Shown here piece by piece: positions 30,573-41,693 of a stretch of DNA of 64,000 nt. The DNA comes from a virus (Duplodnaviria > Caudoviricetes). Positions within the stretch are counted from its first letter, which is position 1. Each line of letters opens with the position of its first letter. The notes under the pieces are model-generated. The model was not told the origin of the DNA. It saw only the letters and a list, made by a program, of their open reading frames with translations, and made no database searches. A program made the position numbers and the translations under genes. The stretch is from IMG/VR virus record IMGVR_UViG_3300021400_000134; one strand, 5' to 3'.

Positions 30573-33500
30573 ATTCTCCCTGTGCTCTTGTTGACTGTAA
30601 TTTAATTTCAGTTCCATCTTCACTGATTTCTGAAATTCTATATAACTGATGGGCCATACCTGTATCAGCATATTTCTTAGGAATAAAAGTATCTTCCATT
30701 CTAATGCCCTGAACTACAAGCATATTACCTCTACTGAACCAGCTCTTTTCGATAACATGCTTAACACCATCTGTGCCCATCGCAGAAATTTGTTTGTCAA
30801 ATAAGGCGAAGTATTCTTTTCTAAACTTTACATCTACAACGCCAGTAGTAGTTAATAAAGTAACTGTTGAGCGGATTTTATCTTTTGCAATACAAGTTCC
30901 GCAAATTGTATATAACTGAAATTTCTTAATAGTGTGACCATTTTTTGTAGTCCATATCTTTGTAACAATTGGGGTTGTTGGCAAATCATTAAAGTTTGAA
31001 TAACCATACTTTCTTGTATCCAATTTTGCCAATTCATGCTCATGATAATAGAAACAAAGCACTTCCATCTCCCAAGCAGATAATGTACCCGCCGCATATT
31101 TATCCCAATCTGCTTTAAAAATGGTATCATTAAGTTTTTGTAAAATTTGAGTTTTGTTTTCAGAAATCCAATTTCTAAATACGTTCATCCATTTCTGATA
31201 AACCTTATCCCAAGTATTTGCTGGCAAGACACTGCCATCAATTAGATTATCATATTCCATTTCAAGCAAGAAATTCATTGCTCTTGTATCTAATCTATAA
31301 TATTTTTTAGTTGGATCAATACAAACCTTTTTTAAGTATCTATTAAACTCAAAGACACGTCTTGCGGCAACCTGCTCAGCGGTTTCTTCTGGTAATAAAC
31401 CATGTTTAATTAAACCTGGCATATTTTGCAGAGTTAAACGCTTTTTCTTATCACAGGTTTCCCAAATATACCAAGCCATTGTAAACCTTCTATCTTCCAT
31501 ATTATCAAAAGCGCCACCTTTAATCAAACTTATCATAGCCTGTTTATTAGGCTTGACCTTTTGAAGATAATCTTTTGGTGAACTATATGGACGCATTTCG
31601 ATGGTTTTTGCGATAACATCATCTCCAACATTCAACATACTCTTTAAGCCAAACAGAATCTGATTATTTTCAATGTCTGGCTCAAAACCAAGAGCAGACT
31701 TATTGATATCAACAAGACTTACTTTAATGCCCTCGCTCATAATATCTCCAAGAGCTTTTGCCATCTTAACATAATCTGTTGAACCACCAGCAGTAGTTCC
31801 GCTGTTAACAGTTAAGCAAGCTGTATTCCAATAAATTGGATTAAATCTTGTGCCGATATAAGCGGTTTGATAACCAATAAACGAATAAGCCAATGCATGA
31901 ATAATTGAGAATGAATAACCCATCTGCGGACCAACGCCATACTGCCAGACATAACGTCCAAGTGCCGGAGATTTAGCTCTTGTAAGAACCTGTTCTCTTA
32001 ACGCAGGGATTTTATTCATCTGCTTCTTACCAACAATCTTTCTTGCGGCATTGGCTTCACCAAGGCCAAATCCGCAAATGTTTTCATCCATAAGCATTCT
32101 CATTAACTGTTCCTGGCTTGGAGGAACGCCATAAGAAGATAAGAAGTAAGGCTCTAATGTTTTTTGCTCTTCTGGAGTTAATCCAGCCTTTCGCATTTCC
32201 TCATACCATAGACTAATGTTCTTTTTAAAACGAACATACTTATCCATGGGTGTTTCCGCACCTCGTTCCGCAGTCATAAGTCTCATAAGACCATTGGCAT
32301 CAGCCAACTCAAGAATAGTTTTTGGCTGAATCTTTTTTGCGGCCTGCGCTCCAACCATTGAATCAAACTGGAAGATATTAATAACAGTTCCATTTTCAAT
32401 GGCATCCCAAGCAGGTTTATAATCCAATGGTAATACTTCAGGATGGAAATATTTATCATAAACTTCTTTTAAAGTTAGATTTGGTTCAATTTCGCCATTT
32501 TTCTGTAATAAGTTAATTGTTTCAACTAACTTATCTTGAACATCAGTAACTAAGAAGTCAAATTTAGTCATTCCAAGACTTTCGCACATATGGAGGTCAA
32601 ACTGTGTAATAACATCGCCTCCTGGCGTCTTCATAAAAGCACCAAATTCATATGGGTCTTCGTCAAAAAAGATAACACCAGAAGCATGAGAACCTCTTTG
32701 TTTAACTAAGCCCTGAATACCCAACATAATGTCAACTAAACCAGGATAATTATTTATTTCATTAATAAAAGGTAATACTGGCTGACGTTCTTTTTCTACA
32801 TTACCATATATTACATCTTCAAGAGGCCATACAAAACCTCTTTCAGATGGGATAAGAGAAGAAAGATACTGTGCTTGGTCTGAATCAATGCCACTAGGAT
32901 ATTCTTCTGAACGATACCCTCTACAAGCTGTTAAAATTGCGCTCTTAGTTGATTCTGTACCATAGGTTGCAATTAATGTACATCCAAGATTTTTACGAGA
33001 CAAATCATCTACATTAGCATTAAAATTTTGACCTCGTTCTTCTTTAATCTTTTCAATAATCATTGGGCGCTTTGATGGACATAAATCCAAATCAATATCA
33101 CCAAGTTCAATGCGCTCTTTATTTAAATAACGGAAGAAAGGTAAGTTCCATTTTATAGGGTCAAGCTGAGTAACACCTAATAGATAATGATTAAGTCCTG
33201 AACAAGAAGAACCACGGCCCGCACCTACCATGCTCCCGCAATCCCAAAACATATTAATATAATGCTGCAATGTTACAGGATAACAGAACATATTGGTTTC
33301 AAGCTTTTCACTAATGGTTTTCTTTACATCGGCTTCTTCTTCTAATCGAGCAAGATATGTGTCATTATCTTTACCCAATTCTTTTAATTTCTTTAAACAT
33401 TCATCAACCCAATATCTTTCATAAATATCTTTCGACATTCTCATATTTTTAATAATTGGGAACTTATTTAAAGAGTTATCTTCATATGGGGGCGAAGCCT

Positions 33501-34443
33501 CTACTTTTACTCTTGGAATTTGCTGTTTATGCTGAATTGTAAAATTCTCAATTTTATTATAAATCTCCATTGAGTTTTCTGCTAATAAATCATACTTTTC
33601 AGCATAACCACATTCACATGGAGCTAAATGTTTTTTAATATCTTCTTCTGTTTGTAAATATGCGTACTCATAAAATGATGCGACTTCTCTTTCACCATTT
33701 TTTGAATTAAGATATGCTTCATGAACATATCTATCTTCTTTTTTAAGATAATGAGCGTCAGTTCCTATTACAATTTTTTTATCATATGCTCGCGCGATAG
33801 ATACCATTCTACGATTAACTGCAATTTGTTCTGGAGACATTCCTGGTGCAATTTCACAATAAAAGTCATCACCAAACAATCTATGCATAAAAGTCATAAA
33901 GGCATGAATTTTACCTTTTACTTCATTAATGTTTGCGGCGTTAGCCTGTTCTGCTTTAACAAGCTCTAAAATCGTTGAAGATAATTCTCCCCCGATACAA
34001 GCACTTGTCGCAATTAAATGACCTTTACCATACTTATTAATTATATTTTCCAATTCAGAATAAAGGGTTGGAACTCTCTCCATACCTCTATCCATATAAC
34101 TCTGCATCCAGGAGACAGATGATAATTCTCTCAACATGCGCCAACCAATTTTATCTTTGCAGATTAAAATAAAGTGATAATACTTCTGATTTCTATCTCT
34201 TGTTCCAGTAAGATAAATTTCATTTCCTATCGCTACCTTAAAATCTGGATTAACTTTTTGAATTTCTTGTGCATATAAATTAATTTCAGGTGCTGCCGCA
34301 ATCGTTTCATGGTCTGTAATTGCGATGCCCGCTAAACCAATTTCTATTGCCCTATTTATCAAATCTTTTGGTTTATTAATACAATCTAATAATCTAAAAT
34401 TACTATACATTGTATGTGAATGGACTTCAAAGCGTTTTATCAT
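30556..34443 (-). CDS. dnaE: DNA polymerase III alpha subunit (family C, with PHP domain)
   Basis: HSHTMYS, AITDHE, GRGS, DIDLD, HASGV, YSFSIIHALAY; no in-frame TGA. Confidence 0.95.
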   Translation of the reverse strand: MIKRFEVHSHTMYSNFRLLDCINKPKDLINRAIEIGLAGIAITDHETIAAAPEINLYAQEIQKVNPDFKVAIGNEIYLTGTRDRNQKYYHFILICKDKIGWRMLRELSSVSWMQSYMDRGMERVPTLYSELENIINKYGKGHLIATSACIGGELSSTILELVKAEQANAANINEVKGKIHAFMTFMHRLFGDDFYCEIAPGMSPEQIAVNRRMVSIARAYDKKIVIGTDAHYLKKEDRYVHEAYLNSKNGEREVASFYEYAYLQTEEDIKKHLAPCECGYAEKYDLLAENSMEIYNKIENFTIQHKQQIPRVKVEASPPYEDNSLNKFPIIKNMRMSKDIYERYWVDECLKKLKELGKDNDTYLARLEEEADVKKTISEKLETNMFCYPVTLQHYINMFWDCGSMVGAGRGSSCSGLNHYLLGVTQLDPIKWNLPFFRYLNKERIELGDIDLDLCPSKRPMIIEKIKEERGQNFNANVDDLSRKNLGCTLIATYGTESTKSAILTACRGYRSEEYPSGIDSDQAQYLSSLIPSERGFVWPLEDVIYGNVEKERQPVLPFINEINNYPGLVDIMLGIQGLVKQRGSHASGVIFFDEDPYEFGAFMKTPGGDVITQFDLHMCESLGMTKFDFLVTDVQDKLVETINLLQKNGEIEPNLTLKEVYDKYFHPEVLPLDYKPAWDAIENGTVINIFQFDSMVGAQAAKKIQPKTILELADANGLMRLMTAERGAETPMDKYVRFKKNISLWYEEMRKAGLTPEEQKTLEPYFLSSYGVPPSQEQLMRMLMDENICGFGLGEANAARKIVGKKQMNKIPALREQVLTRAKSPALGRYVWQYGVGPQMGYSFSIIHALAYSFIGYQTAYIGTRFNPIYWNTACLTVNSGTTAGGSTDYVKMAKALGDIMSEGIKVSLVDINKSALGFEPDIENNQILFGLKSMLNVGDDVIAKTIEMRPYSSPKDYLQKVKPNKQAMISLIKGGAFDNMEDRRFTMAWYIWETCDKKKRLTLQNMPGLIKHGLLPEETAEQVAARRVFEFNRYLKKVCIDPTKKYYRLDTRAMNFLLEMEYDNLIDGSVLPANTWDKVYQKWMNVFRNWISENKTQILQKLNDTIFKADWDKYAAGTLSAWEMEVLCFYYHEHELAKLDTRKYGYSNFNDLPTTPIVTKIWTTKNGHTIKKFQLYTICGTCIAKDKIRSTVTLLTTTGVVDVKFRKEYFALFDKQISAMGTDGVKHVIEKSWFSRGNMLVVQGIRMEDTFIPKKYADTGMAHQLYRISEISEDGTEIKLQSTRAQGEYDEED

Positions 34444-34516
34444 TTTCTCAACACCTCTTTTATATATTATAACATAAAAAAGTCTATTTTGCAAGACTTC
34501 TCTATTTTAACTGGCT

Positions 34517-35110
34517 TTATTCTCCTGCCGCCTCAATTTCATCAGGTTCTAAATCTTCTTGTTCGTAATAAATTACTTCACAAGTACAACCTGGATGATA
34601 AGGCGGAAAATCAACTTGATCTTCTAACATAACTTCACCATTTGTTCCAACGCAATCTTCGCATTCACCCGAAGTAATTTCTACATACGGGGTGGTAATT
34701 TTTCTTTTTTGAGATTGTGCTAAAATATTTCGTGTTCCAGTATCAAGAATTAAACTTAAATGATAAAGTAAATTCAAATCATCTTGATCATTGTCATATT
34801 TTGTAATCCATTTATCAACTCTATCTTCTAGAGTTAAACCATCCTCATGATATAGTAGTTCAGAAAAATCTAATAATTCTTTATCATTATAACTATTAGG
34901 ATACATTTTTTTTATTTCTGTTAAACTTGAAGAAAGAATTTCTGTAAAATTAGAATAAAATGCATCAGTAATGTCTTTTTTAAGATTTTCACTGTTTTTT
35001 ATAATCTTAAACAACTCTTCTTTATACTTTTCATTATTTGCGGAAACAACATTATATAAGTTTTTAGCTGCTTCTCGTCTTTTTGCCTTAATACTTTCTT
35101 TTACTTTCAT
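34517..35110 (-). CDS. Protein with Mu gpF/SPP1 gp7-like C-terminal Cys/His motif
   Basis: CEDC...PPYHPGCTC. Confidence 0.5.
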   Translation of the reverse strand: MKVKESIKAKRREAAKNLYNVVSANNEKYKEELFKIIKNSENLKKDITDAFYSNFTEILSSSLTEIKKMYPNSYNDKELLDFSELLYHEDGLTLEDRVDKWITKYDNDQDDLNLLYHLSLILDTGTRNILAQSQKRKITTPYVEITSGECEDCVGTNGEVMLEDQVDFPPYHPGCTCEVIYYEQEDLEPDEIEAAGE

Positions 35111-36315
35111 TATTTCCTCACTATCACTAATTTTTCTTTTGCTCTTGTTACTGCTGTATATAACCAACGCTTATGCTCTTCTCCACGAGGGAAATCTTCT
35201 TCAAATACAAGCACTTTATTATATTCGCTACCTTGGGCCTTGTGACACGTAATTGCATATCCATAGTCGAACTGATGCGGCATTAGCTGTCTTGGTATTC
35301 TACGGAAATTCTCTTTTGTCGCAGTTGGTTCCCAGGTTGTGAAAATTTTATAGTCCATATTTACTTGGTCAAAAACAGCATCTCCATAAAGGACAGCTTC
35401 TGATTCATTATCATAAAAGTCTGGAGTAAAATCTGCATGCATCAATATCGGCATTATCTTTTGTAGGTTTCTTGGTACATTAACATTTTCTTCATATGTA
35501 ATATTACTAATGTATCCAGTTAAACCATTAACCAGTACATCTCCCGCAATATTGAAACTATTCCAGTCATTATGCAAGCAAATAACTTTATCACCTTCTA
35601 ATGGCTGCTTTGGATGTTCGCCATATATATAGGTTCTCATTAGGTCATTATAATAATGTCTTGTAGCATTTTTAGCGACAATAATCTGGTCAGCCCATTT
35701 TAACATGCCACTAACGACATCCTCTTTATCAATAATTTGAACTTCTTTGCCTGAAAACTTTTGTAATGGTTTACCGGCTCTAATATCCATAGAAACCTGG
35801 ATAATTTCAGACTCCTGGGCCTGACGCATAATTTCATCTAGGAATACGTGCGGATTTTGCAACACGCCATTATCTTCTGCTAATGGCGGCAACTGGCCCG
35901 GGTCACCAAGAGCAATAACATAAATACGATGGCTTAAAAGCAAGTCCCACATTTCTTTTGGCAACATTGAAACTTCATCTACGATAATTGCTTTATATGG
36001 ATATTCAAGCGGTCTTCTTGGCATATGAAAAAATGTTCCATCCGCACGAGGATATGACTGATATAGAAGTCTATGTGCGGTCATTGCATTTTTATTACCC
36101 TTTTCTTGTAGCACAAGGGCGGCTTTGCCAGTGTAAGCAATGAAACAAACTTCATTTTGAGAAAAACCCAGTGCTTGAATTATAAAACGAACCAGCGTAC
36201 TTTTACCTGAGCCGGCATATCCACTTATGCAAGTATATGGCTTATGCTGCCTATATCGCTGTACAGCTATCTCCAAGCCTTCTTTTTGTTTATCTGTTAA
36301 AATAATATCTTCCAT
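35110..36315 (-). CDS. RecD/Dda-like SF1B helicase
   Basis: GYAGSGKS, IVDEVSM, LGDPGQLPP, YAITCHKAQGSEY, YTAVTRAK. Confidence 0.92.
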   Translation of the reverse strand: MEDIILTDKQKEGLEIAVQRYRQHKPYTCISGYAGSGKSTLVRFIIQALGFSQNEVCFIAYTGKAALVLQEKGNKNAMTAHRLLYQSYPRADGTFFHMPRRPLEYPYKAIIVDEVSMLPKEMWDLLLSHRIYVIALGDPGQLPPLAEDNGVLQNPHVFLDEIMRQAQESEIIQVSMDIRAGKPLQKFSGKEVQIIDKEDVVSGMLKWADQIIVAKNATRHYYNDLMRTYIYGEHPKQPLEGDKVICLHNDWNSFNIAGDVLVNGLTGYISNITYEENVNVPRNLQKIMPILMHADFTPDFYDNESEAVLYGDAVFDQVNMDYKIFTTWEPTATKENFRRIPRQLMPHQFDYGYAITCHKAQGSEYNKVLVFEEDFPRGEEHKRWLYTAVTRAKEKLVIVRK

Positions 36316-36374
36316 ACTTACACCTCTACTAATATATTATAACATATTTTATATAAAAAGACAAAAAAGAGGAA

Positions 36375-36647
36375 TTAATCCTCTGTTTCTGTACCACAAG
36401 TACAAGTAATTTTATTTGTTGTTATTGTCGGCATTTGGCGATGACAAGGAAGACAAGTTCTTTGACAATCGCCGCAAGGTAGACGATATGGGCATATATA
36501 TTCATAATATGGGGGATATATTCCCCACCAAGCGCTAATATATGGCTCAGATGTTTTAGAATCTTCTATACCAGTCCAGTCTCCTGTTCCTGATCCATAT
36601 CCAAACTTAATATTGGTATTTATCGTTTTACTCATATTTACCTCCAA
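36375..36647 (-). CDS. Small Cys-rich hypothetical protein
   Basis: CPYRLPCGDCQRTCLPC; GGAGG RBS favours the second Met. Confidence 0.5.
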   Translation of the reverse strand: MEVNMSKTINTNIKFGYGSGTGDWTGIEDSKTSEPYISAWWGIYPPYYEYICPYRLPCGDCQRTCLPCHRQMPTITTNKITCTCGTETED

Positions 36648-36727
36648 AATTTCCCAAAGGGATTTTTATTCCTGCTGTCGGCGCACACAGCCATCGCCGG
36701 CCGGCTCTGTCCTATTCAACTTTCAAT

Positions 36728-38467
36728 TTAGAAATAATACTCTTGTTTACGCACGATATTATAATCTGTTATAATCACTTCTGGGCCATTATCCCAGCCG
36801 CTATTGCGCATACATCTACCAACAATATCAAGAATATAACAACCTTCGCCAGGGTATAAACTATCAAACTCTTCTTGTGAACTCTTGAACTTAACAATTG
36901 CAATATTGTCAGGTAGAGTAATTTTCAAAGTTGAACCAAATAAATTGATATTATCTTTTGTAATTGAAACATTCTTTAAAGCAATCAGAGGTTCATCAAC
37001 TTCTTGACCCCAAACGTAATCAGCATCTGCTAATTCAAGAATATCTGCGGCGTCTATTTTATTTGCTAAAAACTCAATATCAACATTATATGTTAAAGAG
37101 AAATCATAATCTTTTAATAGTTCATTCGAATAAGCCAAGAAATCTTTTACATTTGAATCAGGAATGGCTAGACCTAAAGCGTTATCATGGCCTTGCGCTA
37201 GTGTAAAATATCCACTATTTTTTGCCAATTGCTGCAATGATTCTACTCCGGCCGCAGGGTTATTACGTCCAGAACCAGCCCACACCAGTTCTCCAGTTTC
37301 TTCATCAAAAGTCTTATTCAGTAGCATTACAGGATGACCGTAAGAAGACATTAACTTATTCGCAATTAAGCCTGTGATAGATCTAGTTTCTTCTGTTGGC
37401 TCATCAAGTTTTACAAGCAATATCTTATTATCCAAAAGATGCTCTGTTTTAATTTGAAAATCAATGTTATCCGCAAGAGTATCTCTCATTTTATTCTGCC
37501 TATTTTTTGCGTTATTACAAATGCGGCAAGCCTGTTCGACAACAGTTTCCATTTCACCAGCCTTATGACCTCTTTTAATTGAAGGAACTAATGAATATGC
37601 TTTGTGATTAAGAAATGATTCAAACAAAATTTCTTTTTCTTTTTGTGTGCCAACTCTAGTGATTGCGTTTACTGCTGGAGCAATATACCAAGCAACCCCA
37701 GTTGGAGTGAGCTTACCTTTTAATGAGTATTCATTCTTTGCAACCATTGCTTTAATAAATGGATTTTCTATATTAGCCAACCCTTTATCAATAAGTCGTC
37801 TTGTTTCATAATCTTTCAAAGGCATAACATCGGCAATAATACCCAACGCCGCAATATCCAAGAGTTCATCGGCAGTTGTTTTCTTATTTAATTCATCTAT
37901 ATAAGAGCAAAATTTATAAACCATGCCAACGCCACTTAATGATTTAGTTGGATAATTTTCATCAAGTTGGTTGTTTATTACTATGGCAAAAGGGCTATAA
38001 CCAGAAGTATTATGGTGGTCAATAACAATAAGGGCAATATTGTTTTTATTAAGTTCTTCATGCTTATCATATTCTTCACTCCCCGCGTCTGGACATATTA
38101 CTAATTGCGGTTTTCTTTCCATGATTTGGTCCATTAACAGACCATGACCCTTGTCTTGGTGCATTCCCCAAGACAGGTGATTTACTGAAAAACCGGGAAA
38201 ATTTTTATATAACCAATTAATTAAAAATGCTGAACTTGTATAGCCATCGCAATCGCTATCTATATTTACAAAAATATCATGTTCCGCAAATATATGTTGT
38301 ACTAAACAAGCTGCGGCTTCTTTCATATTCGTAATCGTTTCAGGCGGAATAATATCTTCATCTGTAGTATGTAAATAATGATATGGGTCCTCAATTCCCC
38401 TATTCTTTAAAACTCTATATAAGGCAGACCCAGCCCTATTTTCTTCATTTATTAATTTATATTGCAT
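36728..38467 (-). CDS. recJ: RecJ-like ssDNA exonuclease (DHH family)
   Basis: DSDCDG, IDHH, LSGVG, GHDNA. Confidence 0.92.
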   Translation of the reverse strand: MQYKLINEENRAGSALYRVLKNRGIEDPYHYLHTTDEDIIPPETITNMKEAAACLVQHIFAEHDIFVNIDSDCDGYTSSAFLINWLYKNFPGFSVNHLSWGMHQDKGHGLLMDQIMERKPQLVICPDAGSEEYDKHEELNKNNIALIVIDHHNTSGYSPFAIVINNQLDENYPTKSLSGVGMVYKFCSYIDELNKKTTADELLDIAALGIIADVMPLKDYETRRLIDKGLANIENPFIKAMVAKNEYSLKGKLTPTGVAWYIAPAVNAITRVGTQKEKEILFESFLNHKAYSLVPSIKRGHKAGEMETVVEQACRICNNAKNRQNKMRDTLADNIDFQIKTEHLLDNKILLVKLDEPTEETRSITGLIANKLMSSYGHPVMLLNKTFDEETGELVWAGSGRNNPAAGVESLQQLAKNSGYFTLAQGHDNALGLAIPDSNVKDFLAYSNELLKDYDFSLTYNVDIEFLANKIDAADILELADADYVWGQEVDEPLIALKNVSITKDNINLFGSTLKITLPDNIAIVKFKSSQEEFDSLYPGEGCYILDIVGRCMRNSGWDNGPEVIITDYNIVRKQEYYF

Positions 38468-38468
38468 C

Positions 38469-39572
38469 CTATAGCATAATCCTCTCTTTATATAACTGTA
38501 AAAACTTTTCTAATCCATCATCAATGGGAGAATCTTTATATCCTGTTTTCATATTTTTATCAAATATGAAACTTATCTTTATATAATTTCCATATTTATT
38601 ATATAATTTTATCAAGTTCTTTTTTAATTTTTTAAATTCATCATCGCCAATTTGCTGAAACTGGCGGTCAAGGGCAACAATAACTTCTTGAACCCCCAAG
38701 TCCATTAGAAGGTTCATTTGATAACCCGATATATTACTGCCGCAACAGGCAACAGATATATCATTTTCATGCCCGAAATAAGATTGATATTTTAAACAAG
38801 ATTTTTCACCTTCAAAAATAATTGCTCTATTGGATAAGGCTATATTTTTTTTAGCATTATTTAAGTTATATAAAGACATTCCAAGAGGATGATTGTACAT
38901 TTTTTTATTGATTATAATAGGACGATATTTACCATACATTTCGCCATCTTCTTTGCTAAGTGTGCGGCCCCTCAACCCGATAAAGCGATTATCTTTATCG
39001 AAATGAGGAATTGATATTTGATTTCCACCTGGATAGTAACCTATCTTATTAAAATCTATTACTTCTTGACTAATACCTTCATTTAACCAAGGCAGAATTT
39101 TTACATCGTAGTTAAGTACTTTTAGAATATCCTTATTGTAAGCTTCTAGTTTTACATTATATTGTTTAATTTCAATCTGTTGTATTCTATCATATTTGCT
39201 AAACACAGACCAGTCTTCTAATTGGTCGCTATCATCGTCCATAACGAACGAACCAGCGATACCAAATCTGAAAGCAATTAATCTAATAGCATCATTTAAA
39301 TTAATTCTTTGATTTTTTTGAATATCATATACTTTAATGGCAAGTTCAAATATGTCAAATGAATCATCGCCAGCAGTATATGATTTAAAAAGTCCACTGT
39401 TTTCATAGTAGTAGAGTTTGCGGCTGCCCTCTCCTGGCGGATTATGGTCAATAGTTTCTGCCAAGATACCGAAACTGGCATATTGGGGGTCACCACCCCA
39501 CTCTAACAAAAGGTCGAATATGTCATTAGTCGTTAAGGCCTCTCTTATTTCTTGCTTGTCGTAATTTATCAT
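38469..39572 (-). CDS. DNA primase (TOPRIM)
   Basis: IPH....IGLRGR, IFEGEKS, VALD. Confidence 0.85.
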   Translation of the reverse strand: MINYDKQEIREALTTNDIFDLLLEWGGDPQYASFGILAETIDHNPPGEGSRKLYYYENSGLFKSYTAGDDSFDIFELAIKVYDIQKNQRINLNDAIRLIAFRFGIAGSFVMDDDSDQLEDWSVFSKYDRIQQIEIKQYNVKLEAYNKDILKVLNYDVKILPWLNEGISQEVIDFNKIGYYPGGNQISIPHFDKDNRFIGLRGRTLSKEDGEMYGKYRPIIINKKMYNHPLGMSLYNLNNAKKNIALSNRAIIFEGEKSCLKYQSYFGHENDISVACCGSNISGYQMNLLMDLGVQEVIVALDRQFQQIGDDEFKKLKKNLIKLYNKYGNYIKISFIFDKNMKTGYKDSPIDDGLEKFLQLYKERIML

Positions 39573-39586
39573 GACTAATTCTCCGT

Positions 39587-41122
39587 TTATTCGGTATCAA
39601 ATGCTCCACGTTCTACCTTAATTTGATAATCATCCATCTCAATTAACTGATAACGCCAGTCTGTTGCGAATATTGGATTAACTCTACATGTTCCTAAATC
39701 TGCTTTACACCATAAGTAGATGCCTTTATATTGACCTCTACGGTTTTTGTAAATAGACAATTTTAGATTTGGTTTTTCATATACATTCTGTCTCAAGATA
39801 GCCTCTAACGAGTCAGTATCTTTTTGAGTTACTGGTAGAAGAATACTACCATAGTCAATTTTATCCGCAATTGCTTTGGCGCCACGCAGCAAGTTTTGGT
39901 CAGGAGTTTCAGACTCTTGGTAATCAGCATTTAGCTGTGTAGCAGACTCAATAAAGATACCATATTTATTACAAATATCTTTCAACCTAATTGATAACAT
40001 GAATAGTACGTTATCTTCTCTTAATCTTACCCCGCCAGAGCGACGAGTAACTTCTTCCAAAATTTTCATTGAGGTATGAATATAATCATGGAAAACATAT
40101 TTTATATTATGTTCTCTAATACCTTTTTTAATTCTATCTTCAACATCTTGAAGAGAAAAGTCAGGAAGTTCTTCTACATAAATAGGAGAGTTCTTTAAGA
40201 TTTCTGCGGCCTTACGGACACGCTCAACTTCATCGCCTTCATACTGATTGCTAATGATGTGTTCTTCATTTACAGAAGATAAGAAAGCAAGCATCATTGT
40301 TTGAATTTCTTCTAGTTCCTGTTCAGTAGAAATATACAAGCAAGGTTCCGCAATTCCATTTCCAATCCAACCTAGCATATCATCATAAATCATATCTGTG
40401 CCGATATAGCAACAGTCCGCAATCATGGAACGAGATTTACCGACGCCAGTGGGTGCTGAACGAAGATAAAACTTTTTAAGTCTTGCGCCACGAGTAACCC
40501 TATTAATGAACTTACCATATAATGGTGAACCTACTTCTGGATATGTCATTAATCTATCAATTAAGGCATCAATACCTTCACCGGCCTGGTGTGTATCTCC
40601 AAAAGTATCACTAACACATTCAAGGCGAATTGAGTCAACAATTGCATCTACTTTATCCGCAATATCTGTTAAACTCATATTATCCAGCTGTTCTTCTTGC
40701 AACTGTAGTTTTTTGGTATCAATTTCATCAGGATTGTAAATAAAATTAACATCAATGCCATATGAGTCATAGGCTCTTAATAGAGTCATTTTCTTCATTC
40801 TACTATAGTAGAAATCAAAGGCTGACGGGATGGCTTTCTCTGCTGCACTTTTTAGCCATTCTTCACCTTTGTTTACTGTAAAAATGGCTTCACTTTTTGG
40901 TTTTGTGGATAAGAAATCGCAAATACTCTCTATCGAAATAGAGGTAGCTCCAAGTTCATAAACTTTATAAATAGCACCAAAGACTACTCTATGAAAATCT
41001 GATACAAAATCTTCTTCTGTAATTACATATTTATCTGTCTCTTCAAGTAATTGTGGTTTTATAAACACACTTCCAATAACCTGAACGATTGCAACTGTAT
41101 CTAAATACTTACTCGCCATCAA
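39587..41122 (-). CDS. Replicative DnaB-like helicase
   Basis: SAPTGVGKS, YISTE, DYIH, ATQLN, KNRRG. Confidence 0.9.
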   Translation of the reverse strand: MMASKYLDTVAIVQVIGSVFIKPQLLEETDKYVITEEDFVSDFHRVVFGAIYKVYELGATSISIESICDFLSTKPKSEAIFTVNKGEEWLKSAAEKAIPSAFDFYYSRMKKMTLLRAYDSYGIDVNFIYNPDEIDTKKLQLQEEQLDNMSLTDIADKVDAIVDSIRLECVSDTFGDTHQAGEGIDALIDRLMTYPEVGSPLYGKFINRVTRGARLKKFYLRSAPTGVGKSRSMIADCCYIGTDMIYDDMLGWIGNGIAEPCLYISTEQELEEIQTMMLAFLSSVNEEHIISNQYEGDEVERVRKAAEILKNSPIYVEELPDFSLQDVEDRIKKGIREHNIKYVFHDYIHTSMKILEEVTRRSGGVRLREDNVLFMLSIRLKDICNKYGIFIESATQLNADYQESETPDQNLLRGAKAIADKIDYGSILLPVTQKDTDSLEAILRQNVYEKPNLKLSIYKNRRGQYKGIYLWCKADLGTCRVNPIFATDWRYQLIEMDDYQIKVERGAFDTE

Positions 41123-41639
41123 TACTCTCCTCGTCTAAAAATGTAAATCCAAGTTTGCGGCGACGCTCCTCGCGTTGCGGCTCTGGAATTGTTATTTCAA
41201 TTACTTTTGTCTCGGGTATTTCTAAAATTTTAGCCTCGTTTTGCTGATTTGCTAACCATATTGAATACCAATATTTATAGGCTTTATCATACATATATGG
41301 GACAATACCAATAGAACCATTACCCTTCTCTATTGGTTCTTTCTTTATTTCATATACATATTTCATTGTGCGCTCTATCCCTGAGAAAGAAAAATTATTT
41401 TTCTCATGGTAAGATTTCGCTAGTCTTAAAGTTTGGTTATAATTAAATAATTTACCATATAATTTCGCGCAATACTCCATTAAATGGTCTAAATCTTTTT
41501 CATCTTGGGATTTTGCGGCCTCTCGCTTTTCATAACAGTCTTTATGAGCATACCAGTTGCTTTTTCTAAAAAATTCAACTGTATTGGTATCAAATGACTT
41601 GCCGCAAATTCTACATTTTACTATATGTGGTTTTACCAT
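41109..41639 (-). CDS. Zn-finger protein upstream of helicase (possible loader)
   Basis: CRICG...HKDC; GIVPYMY. Confidence 0.55.
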   Translation of the reverse strand: MVKPHIVKCRICGKSFDTNTVEFFRKSNWYAHKDCYEKREAAKSQDEKDLDHLMEYCAKLYGKLFNYNQTLRLAKSYHEKNNFSFSGIERTMKYVYEIKKEPIEKGNGSIGIVPYMYDKAYKYWYSIWLANQQNEAKILEIPETKVIEITIPEPQREERRRKLGFTFLDEESIDGE

Positions 41640-41659
41640 GCAGAATACTCCTTTATATT

Positions 41660-41688
41660 ATTATATCATAATTAAAGAAAAAAGTCAA
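41660..41688 (-). promoter_or_regulatory. Sigma-A-type promoter with extended -10 (one of several; also 46972-46944, 54332-54304, 55102-55074, 58294-58267)
   Basis: TTGACT-17-TATAAT with TG at -15/-14. Confidence 0.75.
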
Positions 41689-41693
41689 GCCTT

